Shown piece after piece: positions 28,074 to 39,981 of a DNA stretch of 64,000 nt. This DNA comes from Eledone cirrhosa. Its lineage: Eukaryota. Numbering within the stretch: position 1 is the first letter of the stretch; the number at the start of each line of letters is the position of its first letter. Under the pieces are notes generated by a model. The model was not told the DNA's origin. It ran no database searches and saw only the letters and a program-made list of their open reading frames with translations. The position numbers and the translations under genes are program-made. The DNA lies in contig OZ024753.1 of NCBI GenBank assembly GCA_964016885.1, positions 15,996,001 to 16,060,000 of the forward strand, read 5' to 3'.

Positions 28074-31000
28074 CTTAGTCTTAGTTCCTCCAGTCACTTG
28101 TGGAACATTGGGCGACGAGCTTCCTCCACTATATCCTGTCACTGGCGGCCCTTCTAGCACCTCTCCAGGTAATTCCCATCTCCCGCAGGTCCTCCCTGAA
28201 TGTGCTCCGCCATGTTTTTCGTGGTCTTCCCCGTTCTCTCCTGCCACCTTCTGGTACCCAATCCATGGCAATATGAGCAGGTCGATCTGCCGGCAAACGA
28301 AGGATGTGGCCCGCGAACCGCCGTCTCCTTTTCCGGACAATGTCCCTTAACCTCTCCAATTCTGACCTCCTCATCACTTCCTCGTTGCTAACTTGGTCTC
28401 TCCATGAAATTTTCAATATGGTCCGAATGCAACGACGGTGGAATACATCAAGCTTGTTACATACACTTTCCGTACTCTTCCATGTCTCACAGGCATATAT
28501 CGCTGTTGGTACTACAATGGACATGTAAACACGGAATTTGACGGCATTGCCGATGTAACACCTGGACCATACCGGACGGAGTCGCTGGAAGACTGCCGCT
28601 GCTTTTCCCAGCCTTGTGCGCACATCTACCTCAGCATCCCCATCGTCAGATATGTTGCTGCCAAGGTATTGAAAGTGGTTTACACATTCAATGTTACGCC
28701 GACCAACCATGATGGGAGGATTTGGAGGGTCACCTGTCGACATGGTCTTGGATTTTTCACAACTGATGCGCAGGCCAACTTTCTCTGCATTGTCATTTAG
28801 AATGTTTGTCATCTCTTGCAGGTCTTCTCAGGAATGGCCTATCACTGCGATGTCATCGGCAAAGTCCAGGTCGCTTAATCTCCTTCCATCCCAACTGATG
28901 CCAAAACGAGGATCACTCAGTCTTCTTCATGATGAAATCGATGACAATGAGGAAAAGGAAAGGTGAAAGGATGCAGCCTTGTCGAACACCCGTCAAGATG
29001 TCAAACATTTCCATGTTTCCGTCCTTTGTCCTAACGCAGCACCTGGAATGTCGGTACAGCGACATGAAGATGTTAATATATTTCTCTGGGACACCGTAGA
29101 GTCTTAAAATCTTCCACAATGACTCCCAATGAACACTGTCGAGAGCTTTCCTGAAGTCAATGTAGTTGACAAGGAACTTGAGGAACTCCCGACATTGTTC
29201 AATGATATTTCGGAGAGTGAAGATCTGCTCTGAACAAGACCTTCCACTGCGGAAGCCAGCCTGTTCGTCTCGAAGATGACGATCTACTTCTGCTCTCAGC
29301 CGGTTCAGGATGACTGTGCAGAATACCTTCCCTGGCACTGATAGCAACGTGATCCCTCTCCAGTTGTTGCAGTCGCTGAGACAGCCCTTCTTCGGTAGTG
29401 GTACAATCACTCCATTTCCCCAGTCCTCCGGCACCTCCTCTTCTTGTCAAATCACATTGCATAAATGGGTGAGCTGCTCCTCTATTACATCCTTGCCGTG
29501 CTTCAAAAGCTCTGCAGGAATTTCATCCAGCCCTGCTGCTTTGTTATTCTTTTGGCAATAGATGGCCTTGGCCACCTCAGCTCTTGTGATGTTGTCTAGT
29601 CGTACATCCAACCGGTAGCTCGCTTCCTCCCAGTCAACCTCGAAGACTGTGTTGGGGGATGGCTGATTGAGGACCTCACGAAAGTGTTCATTCCACCTCT
29701 GGACCTGCCCTTCCCTGGCTGCAAGCATCCGACCATCTTTGCTCTTGATTGGCAAACTGCTTCCACTTCGTCCTCCCTAACGATCCGATACAGCGTCTTG
29801 GAATCATTCAATCTGCTGCCACCTGTGCCTCTGCAGTCCGATCTTCTAACCACTGGTGCTTGTCTTTTCGACAGCCCTTCTTTACTTCCTTGTCAAGACG
29901 TCTGTACTCTTTGTCCACTTCCTTCCATTGCTGTCGAGTTTTGGTTTGATCTCTTTTGTTCTTAACATCCTTCCTCTCGTCAATGAGATTCCATGAAGTA
30001 CTGCTGATCCACTGTTCCCGGTTGGTTCCCCTTCTTCTACCAATAACTACATCAGCACTTGCCCTGACCGCCTGAGCAAACATCTGCCACTGGTCTTCAT
30101 GGTTCTGTGCGTGCTGTAGTTCTTGGAACTTATTCCTGATCTCCAGGTAGAATCCCTCTGACGTGCCTTGGTCTTGCAGGCTTGCGTCAGCATATGGCCT
30201 CACGGTCTTAATTGCTTTGTTCTTCTTCAACCTCAAGCGGATTTTTCCAACCACAAGATGATGGTCAGATCCGACATCTGCCCCTCGGTAGGTGCGAACA
30301 TCCAAGAGAGGAACGCCACCTCGTGCCAATGTAGATATAATGAATCTCATTCCTGGTGTTGGCATCAGGGGAAGTCCATGTCATCTTGTGAATCCGCCTA
30401 TGGGTGAAGAATGTATTCCCGATGGAGAGGTTGCTGATACTGCTCAAGGACAGCAACCGTTCCCCCGTTATTATTGGTGGAATCAGCTGAACCGTGAGGG
30501 CCAATGGCTGAATGCATTTCTCTCCTGTCTCCATCTAGCTTGGCATTGAAGTCACCAATCACCAGCCTAATATCTGACCTGGGTGTTTCCTCTAGGACAT
30601 CCTGTAGTTGGATAAAGAAGGTAACCTTATCTTCATCTGAGGCAGTTTCAGTCGGTCCCAAACTCCGCCTTAGCCGGTCCCAAGTCCGGTTGAGAAAGGA
30701 GGAGAGTTGTAGCGTGGGGTTAGCAGCCCTACCCCCATAAAAACTTTTCACCGCTACAGAAACGACGAGAAAAAACCATTTTGATACCCAGCGGCGGACA
30801 AGAGAAGACAAGTCATCCCTGGATGCACCTATCAGGGTCAAAGCCAAAAGGAGGCCTGACCGCGGATAAGTCCTATCTTCAACGCCAAATCAAACACAAG
30901 AATAGGCACCTGGAATGTCGGCACGCTCTTTCGGGATGGGCGGATAGAGCAGGTGCTGAAGGAGATGAGAGAATATCGCCTTGACATCATGGGCATCAGC

Positions 31001-31221
31001 GAGACGAGGTGGACAGGATGGGGACGACTCGACAGCGGAGACATGACTATTCTCTACTCCGGTGATGATGACCACCATATCCACGGAGTTGGTATCATCT
31101 TCACCGGAGATGTATCGCGTGCTCATGTGGGATGGAGGCCAGTGAGTGAACGAATTATCACTGGCAGATTGAGCACAAGGTTAGCCAAGGTGACCGTAGT
31201 GCAAGACTACGCCCCGACTGA
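28074..31221 (-). mobile_element. Near full-length RTE-clade LINE (family C, AP endonuclease + RT) nested in another LINE, with an inverted 5' segment (30656-31221 on +)
   Basis: TSD AGGGGAAACTAT at 28062-28073 and 31222-31233, and a GACTAA-type tail. EN motifs IGTWNV, GISETRW, YAPTE, IGDFNAK and GSDHHLV. RT motifs NWRGITLLS, QAGFRSGRSC, GVRQGCILSP, FADD and FQYLGS. Several frameshifts. Confidence 0.95.
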
Positions 31222-31233
31222 AGGGGAAACTAT

Positions 31234-32220
31234 AGAGGCATTAAATTAGTTGACCAGGTCCTGAAGGTCACAGAAAGAGATATAGCGCAACTAATCAGAG
31301 AGCGAATTGATCTAGATGAAATGCAGTTTGGGTTTGTGTCAGGTAAAATAACCACAGGCTCTCTTTTCCTTGTACGACAAATACAGAAGTACCTAGCTAA
31401 AAGTAAACTCCTCTACTTAGCTGTTGTTGACTTGGAGAAAGCCTTTGACAGAGTCCCCCACTCCATTATCTGTTGGGCTCTTAGAAAACTAGGTGTTGAT
31501 GAATGGCTTGTGAGAGCTATACAAGCCATGTAAAAGAAACAGTCAGCAAGGTTAGAATTAACAACAAATATAGTCAAGAATTTAGTGTAAAAGTTGGTAT
31601 TCATCAAGGCTCTGTCCTTAACCCCCTCCTATTTATTATTGCCCTTCAGGCTATAACAGAGGAGTTCAAGACCTGGCTGCCCATGGGAAGTTCTATACGC
31701 TGGGAACTTCTATAAGCTGAATCGATAGCTAAACTAGAGAAGAAATTCCAAACATGGATGCATGGCCTAGAATCAAAAGGCCTTAAAGTTAACTTGTCTA
31801 AGACTAAAGTTCTAGTATGTAGAAAGGAAAATAGGGTACAGGTAACCTCTGGGAAATGGCCATGCTCAGTGTGCAGGAAAGGAGTGGGCAGAAATTCCAT
31901 TTTATGTCCCAAATACAAACTATGGGTGCATAAAAGATGTAGTGGGATCACAGGTAAGCTATCTAAGAACATAGATTTTATATGTGGCCGATGCTGAGGT
32001 GCAATAAGTAGCAAGTGCCCACAGGATACTAGCTCCTTCTTTTGCCCAGATGGTTCTATAGAAATAGTGGACACCATCCGTTACCTAGGTGACAAAATCA
32101 GCAGTTGTGGAGGGTGCTCTGAAAGTACAGTAGCTAGAGTCGAAACGGGATGGAAAAAGTTCAGAGAGCTTATACCACTATTGGCCATTAAAGGTTTCTC
32201 TCTAAAAATGAAAGGCAGAT
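31234..32220 (+). mobile_element. Right piece of the split RTE LINE (RT core and Cys-rich insert), truncated at KGRL
   Basis: MQFGFVSG…DLEKAFDRVP…GIHQGSVL…GKWPCSVCRKGVG…RYLGDKISS. Confidence 0.92.
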
Positions 32221-32222
32221 TG

Positions 32223-32341
32223 TTAGCTACTTGTGTGGTTAAATTTACCATATATAGGTTTATCAGTTGCTTAGCTACATGTGTGGTTAAATTTACCATA
32301 TATAGGTTTATCAGTTACTTAGCTACATGTGTGGTTTAGTC
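32223..32341. repeat. 48-bp tandem repeat, ~2.4 copies; inverted copy at ~39982-40070
   Basis: TTAGCTACATGTGTGGTTAAATTTACCATATATAGGTTTATCAGTTGC. Confidence 0.9.
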
Positions 32342-32695
32342 TCTCATAATTTATCACAGTATAATATTGAATTGTAGATTTTATTCCTGTTTCACTGTGT
32401 GTGTATGTGTATGTGTATGTTTATATGTGGATGTGTTTTGTTGAGTATATGTATGCATGTATATATGTGTGTGTGTGATGTAGTTTGTTGAGTGAAATGG
32501 TGCTGTCACCAACGCAAGGAGAAAGAATGAATGTGTGTGGTTGTGTGTGATGTAGTTGTATGTTGAATAAAATCATACTGTCACCAATGCAGAGAGAGAG
32601 AGAGAGTGAGTGAGTGTGTTTGTGTTTGTGCGATGTAATTTTCTGTTGAGGGAGATCCTAGTGAAAGGAAATGCTACCAATGAACCATTCTTTAT

Positions 32696-33480
32696 TACAT
32701 AGGTTTCATTGTTAATATATTTACAGTAGGAACAAGTTGAGAAATATTGTTGTGTTTCACATGTATATCACATAAGAATGTAACAATATATAACAGCTTT
32801 TTTCATTCACTGCTTAGATTTTGGTTCCATATAGTGGATATTATGGATTACCGTAGTTGGTCACAGGGTTATTTACTTTAGTAAACACCACTGTATGCCA
32901 ACCACTAATTTAATTAGATAACAGATATAGAAAAACGTTTGTGTATTTTCGCTCATGTGTGAACAGTTCAAGAGCCTGTCGCCAAAAAGAGAGAGATTGC
33001 TCTTTGCTTCCTCCTTTATAATTCCTAGAACGGTAGTTCAAGGAATACTCTAGAATTCTACAGGAAGTAACTTTAGCTACTTCTCTTTGTCTAGAGAGCG
33101 CTACACATAGGTTTCATTGTTAATATATTTACAGTAGGAACAAGTTAAGAAATATTTGTTTCTACTTTAGGCACAAGGCCAGCAATTACCCAGTGCATTA
33201 CTGGTACTTTATTTTATCGACCCCATAAGGATGAAAGGCAAAGTCAACCTCGGCGGGATTTGAACTCAGATATTATGGATTACCGTAGTTGGATATATTA
33301 TTGGATATATTATTGGATATATATATAGTTACATATATTATTGTTAATATATTTACAGTAGGAACAAGTTAAGAAATATTGTTGTGTTTCACATGTATAT
33401 CACATAAGAATGTAACAATATATAACAGCTTTTTTCATTCACTGTTTAGATGTCAGTTCCATATAGTGGATATTATGGAT
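32696..33480. repeat. Local ~160-bp segment present three times, the middle copy interrupted by a family-M SINE (33157-33270, minus strand)
   Basis: TTGTTAATATATTTACAGTAGGAACAAGTT…GATATTATGGAT recurs at ~32709, ~33117 and ~33341. Confidence 0.85.
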
Positions 33481-34066
33481 GATCAAATTTGCCAAAATAA
33501 AACATTTTTACTTTTTGATTTCTAAATAATATCTAAACACCTTATTAAAAATATAAAACTGTAAATCCTATAAATATGTTATTGTGTCCATCAGGAGAGG
33601 AATGGGCTCCACCAGACTTAAATGTTCAAGAAATGCTGAGTGTCACTATGGTGCCACTACGGTGCCACTACAACTTCATCAGGAGTTATGGGACTACACC
33701 ATACCATATCTGCTTTAGAATAGATAAACTCTACCCTTGTATGTCATAAGAGCTGAATAAAAGAGTTGGCATCAGGAAGGGCATCCAGTTGGAAAACCTT
33801 GCTTCAAAAAGGACCCCATGGTCTGCATGTCAAGAGTAAACTTGCTTTAGCAGGGAAAATAGTCTTAAACTCTTGTTGTTGTTGTAGTAATCACCCATAT
33901 ATATATATATTATATACACATACATATGTATACATATATATAAAGTATATACACACACATGTATACATATATAAACTATATACACACACACACACATAAA
34001 TATACATATAAAATATATATACATACACATATATATATATATTCATATATATATATATATATATAT

Positions 34067-34258
34067 ATAGGAAAATGTATGACCTCGATAGCAGAGCTCA
34101 AGTCGTTTCGACGGCTATTTCAGTCCAGAAATTGCCGTCAAAACGGCTTGGGCTCTGCCGTCGGGGTCAAACATTTTCCTATTACCCACTCTACTACCCT
34201 AAGTATTGAGTACTCTGGTGCGTTATGGTCCATCTAGTTCCTTACCACAACTCCTTCG

Positions 34259-34260
<2 letters not shown>
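34067..34260. other. (TA)n-flanked cassette: 116-nt GC-rich hairpin plus a tail also found at 6840-6881
   Basis: Inverted arms ~34067-34121 and ~34128-34182. The tail TGCGTTATGGTCCA…TCCTTCGTT is shared with 6840-6881. Confidence 0.8.
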
Positions 34261-34299
<39 letters not shown>

Positions 34300-34546
34300 T
34301 GTGTATGTATATATACTTTATATGTATTTTTATGTGTGTGTGTCTATATACTTTATATATATATGTATGTATACATGTGTGTATACATATATATATATTT
34401 GTCTGGATAACCAAAGATGTGGGTTCGACTCCCATGTACGTCAATACTCATCTTTTTCCATTTCTCCGAGGGTTCTTAACCTCACTATCAGGCTAAATAA
34501 TTTCTTTAATTTCTTTAGTCAAAATACGGTGATAGCTTACATTTAT

Positions 34547-34581
<35 letters not shown>

Positions 34582-35672
34582 TATTGAAGTTTCCGTTGAA
34601 AATTGAAAAAGTCATAGGAGTGAAGAGTGCTCTATGTAAGTACCAGAGCAAAATTTAATGTATAATAAACAATACAATATAATTACCTCATTCCCAGAGG
34701 TTTCCCGAATAAGACGAATACGAAAAAAACGTCCTCATTCGTTCGTCGGACAAAGCAATATAAAACATAGTGAAATATTTGGAAAGTCTCCTCAAGAAAT
34801 GCAAAAAAAATATATATATAAATAAAAGTAATGCAAGAGATATATAAAATATATAAAAAAATATAAGGAAATATATTATATATATAAAGTATACACATGC
34901 AAAATATTCACCCTTTCAATATATTTTTTGTTACCAATGAAACCATGAGAAATTGTGATACCATGAGAAGTGTCATTGAAATATAAAATTCTTCATTTAT
35001 AATTTCTTTATTGATCCTATGTTAGACCAATTAATGTTGGTAACATTTCTTAAACAGTGTCTTCAGTACTACCATCACCAATAGTCAAGTTCTTTGCGGT
35101 TTTTGTTTTGTTTGTCCCTAAGTGCAGTGTCATCTACGGGATACCAGTCCAATACAGTACATTTTAGTCTTTAGATGACAGCTTTTCAATTTGATCCTCG
35201 GCAACATATTGGGAATTATAAAGTAGGTTACACTTTCAATGGTGATCGATGCTTTGATCAAGTGATAATATGCAGAAAAGGATGAGTTCATGTGAAAAGA
35301 CAGAAATGAAGACCCAAGAGGAAAATAAGTTTTACTAATTGAAGAGTTTACCATACACATTTAATATCAATATTTATTGATCTTTTAATAATCTTTGATT
35401 TTAGTTTCTCTATTAGTTGGTTGACTTACTAGTGCTGCTGTTAGACAAACAAACTGAAGACTAATGTAGCTTGATAGCTAAGTCCTATGTTAAATCAACA
35501 TTGTAGTCCAGTGTTTGTTATCCTGCCTGCAATCCACTTGATAGATATGATAGATTACTAATAATGCATTGGCAAACCTGACTCCATTAAACTATTCTGA
35601 ATTACAGAAGTTCATGTACTGACATGAAAACTATCCAGTGTAGTAAGGGAGTGTCACAAAGGATGAGTTTAA

Positions 35673-35883
35673 CCCTTTAGCATTTACAATACTCTATATA
35701 TGCTATTGTATTTTTATGTGGCAAAGGCTTTATCTTACATAATATTGAATTTACGAGATTTTAATGTTATTTATTTTGTGAACAATATCTTAACATCAGT
35801 ATGAGCGGCCAGTTAGAGCTGGTTTAAATAGAAAAAAAGTGAGAGAATTCTGGCCGAATATGGCTGGTTTAAATGCTAAAGGG
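35673..35883. mobile_element. Intact 211-bp piggyBac-type MITE
   Basis: Perfect 14-bp TIRs CCCTTTAGCATTTA/TAAATGCTAAAGGG. TTAA TSD at 35669-35672 and 35884-35887. Confidence 0.93.
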
Positions 35884-36254
35884 TTAAGTCTATTGACTGA
35901 TCCACAGCAACATTGGTACTGTTATATTAACCCAAACCTCTGACTATTCATTTATAGAGGTTACCAAATGTACAGAGGACTTTAACCCTTTTGTTAGCAG
36001 ATTTCCAGGAAAGAGACTACCTAGAATCTTCAAATCATTTTGAAAATAATCAGGTATTTGGAGGGATTTAGAAATATAACTCATTTTCTCATTATTAAGT
36101 TAAACATTAAAGTCTTTTTCAAAGGACATTGTGTGTATCTGATGTTTTAACTGTCTTTATAGCATCATCAAAGCTGTTTTACATTCTATCATGCTAGCAT
36201 GGGTTAGACGATTATTAAACCAGGATGATCACATAGAAGCCCTCTGCTTGGCTT

Positions 36255-36488
36255 ATCATCATCATCATCACCGTTTGACATCCATTTTCCACACTAGCAT
36301 GGGTTAGATGAGTGGCCCCGTTGTATGACTAGCCAGGTCTGATGACCATGACTTGCTCATACAGGACTGGTTTTGGCTTGGTTTCTACAACTGGATGCCC
36401 TTCCTAACACCAACCACATTTACAGTGAGTATTAGGTGCTTTTTGTTGTGTCACCTGCATGACCACTTTACGGTGTGAGCTGGGTGCT
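36255..36488 (-). mobile_element. 3' tail fragment of RTE family B or SINE type B
   Basis: (CAT)n followed by a match to ~7478-7715. Confidence 0.75.
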
Positions 36489-37380
36489 ATAGAAATAGTC
36501 AACTCTTTCTGTTACCTGGGTGATGAAATCAGCAGTGGAAGGTGTTCCGAAAGTACAGTAGCCAGAGTAAAAACAAGATGGAGAAAGTCCAGAGTGCTAC
36601 TACCGCTACTAGCTACAAAAGGTTTTTCCCTTAAAATGAAGGGCAAATTGTATGATGCATGTATATAGACAGCAATGTTACATGGTAGTGAGACATGGGT
36701 ATTCTGTGCAGAGGACTTGCAAAGATTGGAAAGAAATGAAGCATACATGCTCCAATGCATGTGAAATAGTAATATACATGATTGGCAAAGTCTAAATGAA
36801 CTAAGAGAGAAATTAGGTATAAGAGTAATCAGATGCAGCATGCTAGAGAGGAGATTGCACTGTTATGATCATATGAATGACAGCTGTATAAAAAGGTGCA
36901 GAGTGCTCAACATTGATGGAAGCCTTGGAGTAGGTAGACCCAGGAAGAACTGGGACGAGGTCATAAAAGTTGAGCTTGCACAACTGAACCTCTTAAAATC
37001 AATAACGCAGGATTGAGATTTTTGCCGTTGTGCAGTAAAATAGAGGACATGCCTTCCCTTGTGCACAGACTCATGCATACTCCTAGTAGGCACCTCTTAA
37101 CCACTATATCACCCACTCCTGTCTATACCACCCTTACACGGTGAACCAAACATACCCAACCCACACTTTATAGTGGTCATGTAGGTGTCATGATAAAAAC
37201 ACCCAACCTACATTGTAAAAGCGGTTGGCATTAGAAAGGGCATCCAGCCATAGAAACCTAGCCAGAAACGATCCTATATAAGTAAGACACAGTCACCTGA
37301 CCCAACTTGCCCCAAATGGGACAACTCGTCTAACCCATGCTCGTGTGGAAAATGCATGTTAAATGAGGATGATGATGATG
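36488..37380 (+). mobile_element. Decayed RTE family-B 3' fragment with 3' UTR
   Basis: IEIVNSFCYLGDEISS…KGKLYDACI…LERNEAYML…GRPRKNWDEVI, ending in (GAT)n. Confidence 0.9.
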
Positions 37381-37425
37381 TGTGTGTACATACTTTATAT
37401 ACATATATTCATATAAATGTACATA

Positions 37426-37515
<90 letters not shown>

Positions 37516-37533
37516 TATATATATATTTATATT

Positions 37534-37644
<111 letters not shown>

Positions 37645-38448
37645 CTTTCAAATACAAACTTAAAAGAACCAACACTGCTCTCTCAGAACTCATATGGTCC
37701 TTAAAAGACAAAAACATTAAATATACCATCTTTTGGAAGAAGGTTTCTTCTGCATCCTCATACTTGAACAGCTCTCTATCTAAAATCTGTAATCTCCGCT
37801 TAAATGAAAAATTTACCATTATCTCTAACCTAGATTCTATAATAAATAGACGTACAGATTTGTTTTCTATCTGCCTGCATAAATTCCATAGGACTTTTCA
37901 CAAAGTATAGAGTTAATATTCAATTCTTTATCAATTTAGAATCTTTTCTCAAAGGCACATATACATACACCTCTTTAAAATATACCCATCTTCCTACCAT
38001 ACTTTAAAGGGCATTATACACTCTATAATACTTGTTTACTCATTACCCTCATTCTATCTTCACCTTGTAAAATCCTTCATAACATATACATTTGTTTGTT
38101 CTTTTGACGTTAGAATATTCATCCGCAATCATTATTATTTTTTCTCTCTATCATAAATCTTTTTAATCTCAATTTTATCCTTAATTTATTATTTTTTTCT
38201 CCCCATCAACGAACTCATTCTTAATACATATTAACTCTTTATTCGCATATATTATATTATCAATTCCTTCAATATACAAACTTTAACTTCACATTATTTT
38301 TCTCAAATCCTTCTACACACAAACCTTAATAATTTTTCTCTTCGTTAATTTTGAAATTGCCACAATACTTATCAACATACACTTTTTTTGACGTTAGAAT
38401 ATTCATCCACAATTATTATTTTTTCTCTCTATCTTCATACATAAATTC

Positions 38449-38860
38449 CCTTCGTTAATTTTCAAATTCCTTTAATTTATACATTATCTTCCAACGGTTC
38501 TCAACCTCTCTATGTAAAACAATATATCTTTTTCTCAGTTATAAAAACTATCTCTTTCTCTCTATCACCCATCTCTCCCTCTCCACCTTCACTCTCATCT
38601 CCTCCCCCTTTTTTCATCCTTTCCACCCCCCCTCCCTAAATAAAATATTTTTTCCTCGCACATATCCTCCCTTCGTTAATTTTCAAATTTTTTTTTTAAA
38701 TTTATACATTATCTTCCAACGGTTTTCAACCTCTCTATGTAAAACAATATATCTCCTCTCAGTTATAAAAATTATCTCTTTCTCTCTATCACCCATCTCT
38801 CCCTCTCATCTCCTCCCCTTTTTCATCCTTTCCACCCCCCTCTCTAAATAAAATATTTTT
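38449..38860. repeat. ~200-bp direct duplication within the PLE 3' region
   Basis: 38449-38650 matches 38670-38860 (CCTTCGTTAATTTTCAAATT…TAAATAAAATATTTTT). Confidence 0.85.
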
Positions 38861-38957
38861 CCCAATATCACACATCAATCTAAAACCACTTTTCATATGT
38901 TGATTTAAAACTGCACTATCCACAAGTGTTTTTTAGCCTTCATATCATGTTCTCCTG

Positions 38958-39024
38958 TTTTATCTGATGAAAACACAAATATTATTGCATGATGATGTTT
39001 GTTTTTGAAATGCGCATAATAAAA
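38958..39024 (+). ncRNA. Type-I hammerhead ribozyme at the PLE 3' end
   Basis: Stem I TTTTAT/ATAAAA, CTGATGA, ~16-bp stem II with G-U pairs and one mismatch, GAAA, palindromic TGCGCA, AUA triplet with cleavage after 39018. Confidence 0.85.
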
Positions 39025-39062
39025 TACATGGAACTCCTTTAGCCATCTTTTGATCTTATATA

Positions 39063-39147
<85 letters not shown>

Positions 39148-39535
39148 GAAGGCGCATGGTTGAATGGTTAGAGCATTGGGCTTGCAATCGAAAGGTTGTG
39201 AGTTCAATTCTCAGACCAGGTGATGTGTTGTTTCCTTGAGCAAGACACTTTATTTCACATTGCTCCACTTTACTCAGCTGTAGAAATGAGATTATAGGGA
39301 CTGGGGTCCCTATCATTCCACTGCAAAGTGGTCGTGGACATGCCACGGCAATAAAGCACCCAGCCCACACTGTAAAGTGGACGTGTAGGCACCACGGAAA
39401 AAAAGCATCCAGCACTGACTGTAAATGAGGTTGGTGTTAGGAAGGGCATCCAGCTGTAGAAATCAAGCCAGAATCAGTTCCCATCCCGCCCTTGCAAGCA
39501 GGGAAAAGCTGACGTATGATGATGATGATGATGAT
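39148..39535 (+). mobile_element. Full-length CORE-like SINE, type-A tail, two internal ~48-bp units
   Basis: Colinear with 14074-14420. Confidence 0.92.
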
Positions 39536-39591
39536 AATAATAATATATAAGGGAACAAAGAATCAGTATTGCATCATATACATATTTAATT

Positions 39592-39683
39592 ACATATTAC
39601 ATATGTTTCACTGTCGATCAGCTAAAGGAACAATCTATAAATGATTGAACCTGACTCTGGAATCGAAAGCTCCTCAGATATGT
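39592..39683 (-). ncRNA. Type-I hammerhead ribozyme motif
   Basis: Minus strand reads ACATAT-CTGAGGA-GCTTTCGAT…ATCGACAGT-GAAA-CATATG-TA-ATATGT: 6-bp stem I, palindromic stem III, GUA triplet. Confidence 0.8.
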
Positions 39684-39700
39684 TTTAACATGTAGACTCG

Positions 39701-39981
39701 CATCATTATCATCATCATCATCATTGTTTAACGGTTATCTCCCATGCTAGCATGAGTTTAGACAGGAATTGTCCCACTTGAGGCAAGATTGGTCGGGTGA
39801 CCATGTCTCGCTCGTTATAGGACTGTCTGACAGCCTTTCTATGGCTGGATGCCCTTCATAACACCAACCACGTTTAGAGTGTGGACTGGGAGGTTTTTAC
39901 TGTGTTTCCTACAAGACCACATTACAGTGTGGACTGTGTGTTATTTTGTCGTGACACCTACACAACCTCATTTATTTTGGA
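39701..39981 (-). mobile_element. RTE family-B 3' UTR fragment
   Basis: Colinear with ~16385-16645. Confidence 0.85.

Larger units (their letters stand above)
37645..39058 (+). mobile_element. 5'-truncated Penelope-like element: GIY-YIG endonuclease C-terminal region, repeat-rich 3' region and hammerhead
   Basis: [32 protein letters not shown]…[12 protein letters not shown]…[14 protein letters not shown] (37645-37910) fits the recalled TxLSxxIWxLKD…CxLCxxEK…NxRxExxSxCxH pattern of PLE endonucleases. Bounded by (TA)n on both sides. Confidence 0.8.

Noticed and set aside
34400-34445. tRNA-like T-arm (TGGGTTCGACTCCCA)
   Set aside because: No D-arm or acceptor stem. More likely a SINE head remnant than a tRNA gene.
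34683-34752. Hammerhead-like motif on the minus strand (CCGACGA, stem, GAAA)
   Set aside because: Stem II is plausible, but the core is mutated and there is no UH triplet or stem I. At best a decayed remnant.
35050-35360. Coding-looking unique segment
   Set aside because: Only a short ORF with no recognisable motif, and the other frames have multiple stops.
35983-36120. Further TTAACCCTT piggyBac-like terminus (similar single ends near 50257 and 55070)
   Set aside because: No matching second TIR was found, so boundaries cannot be defined.
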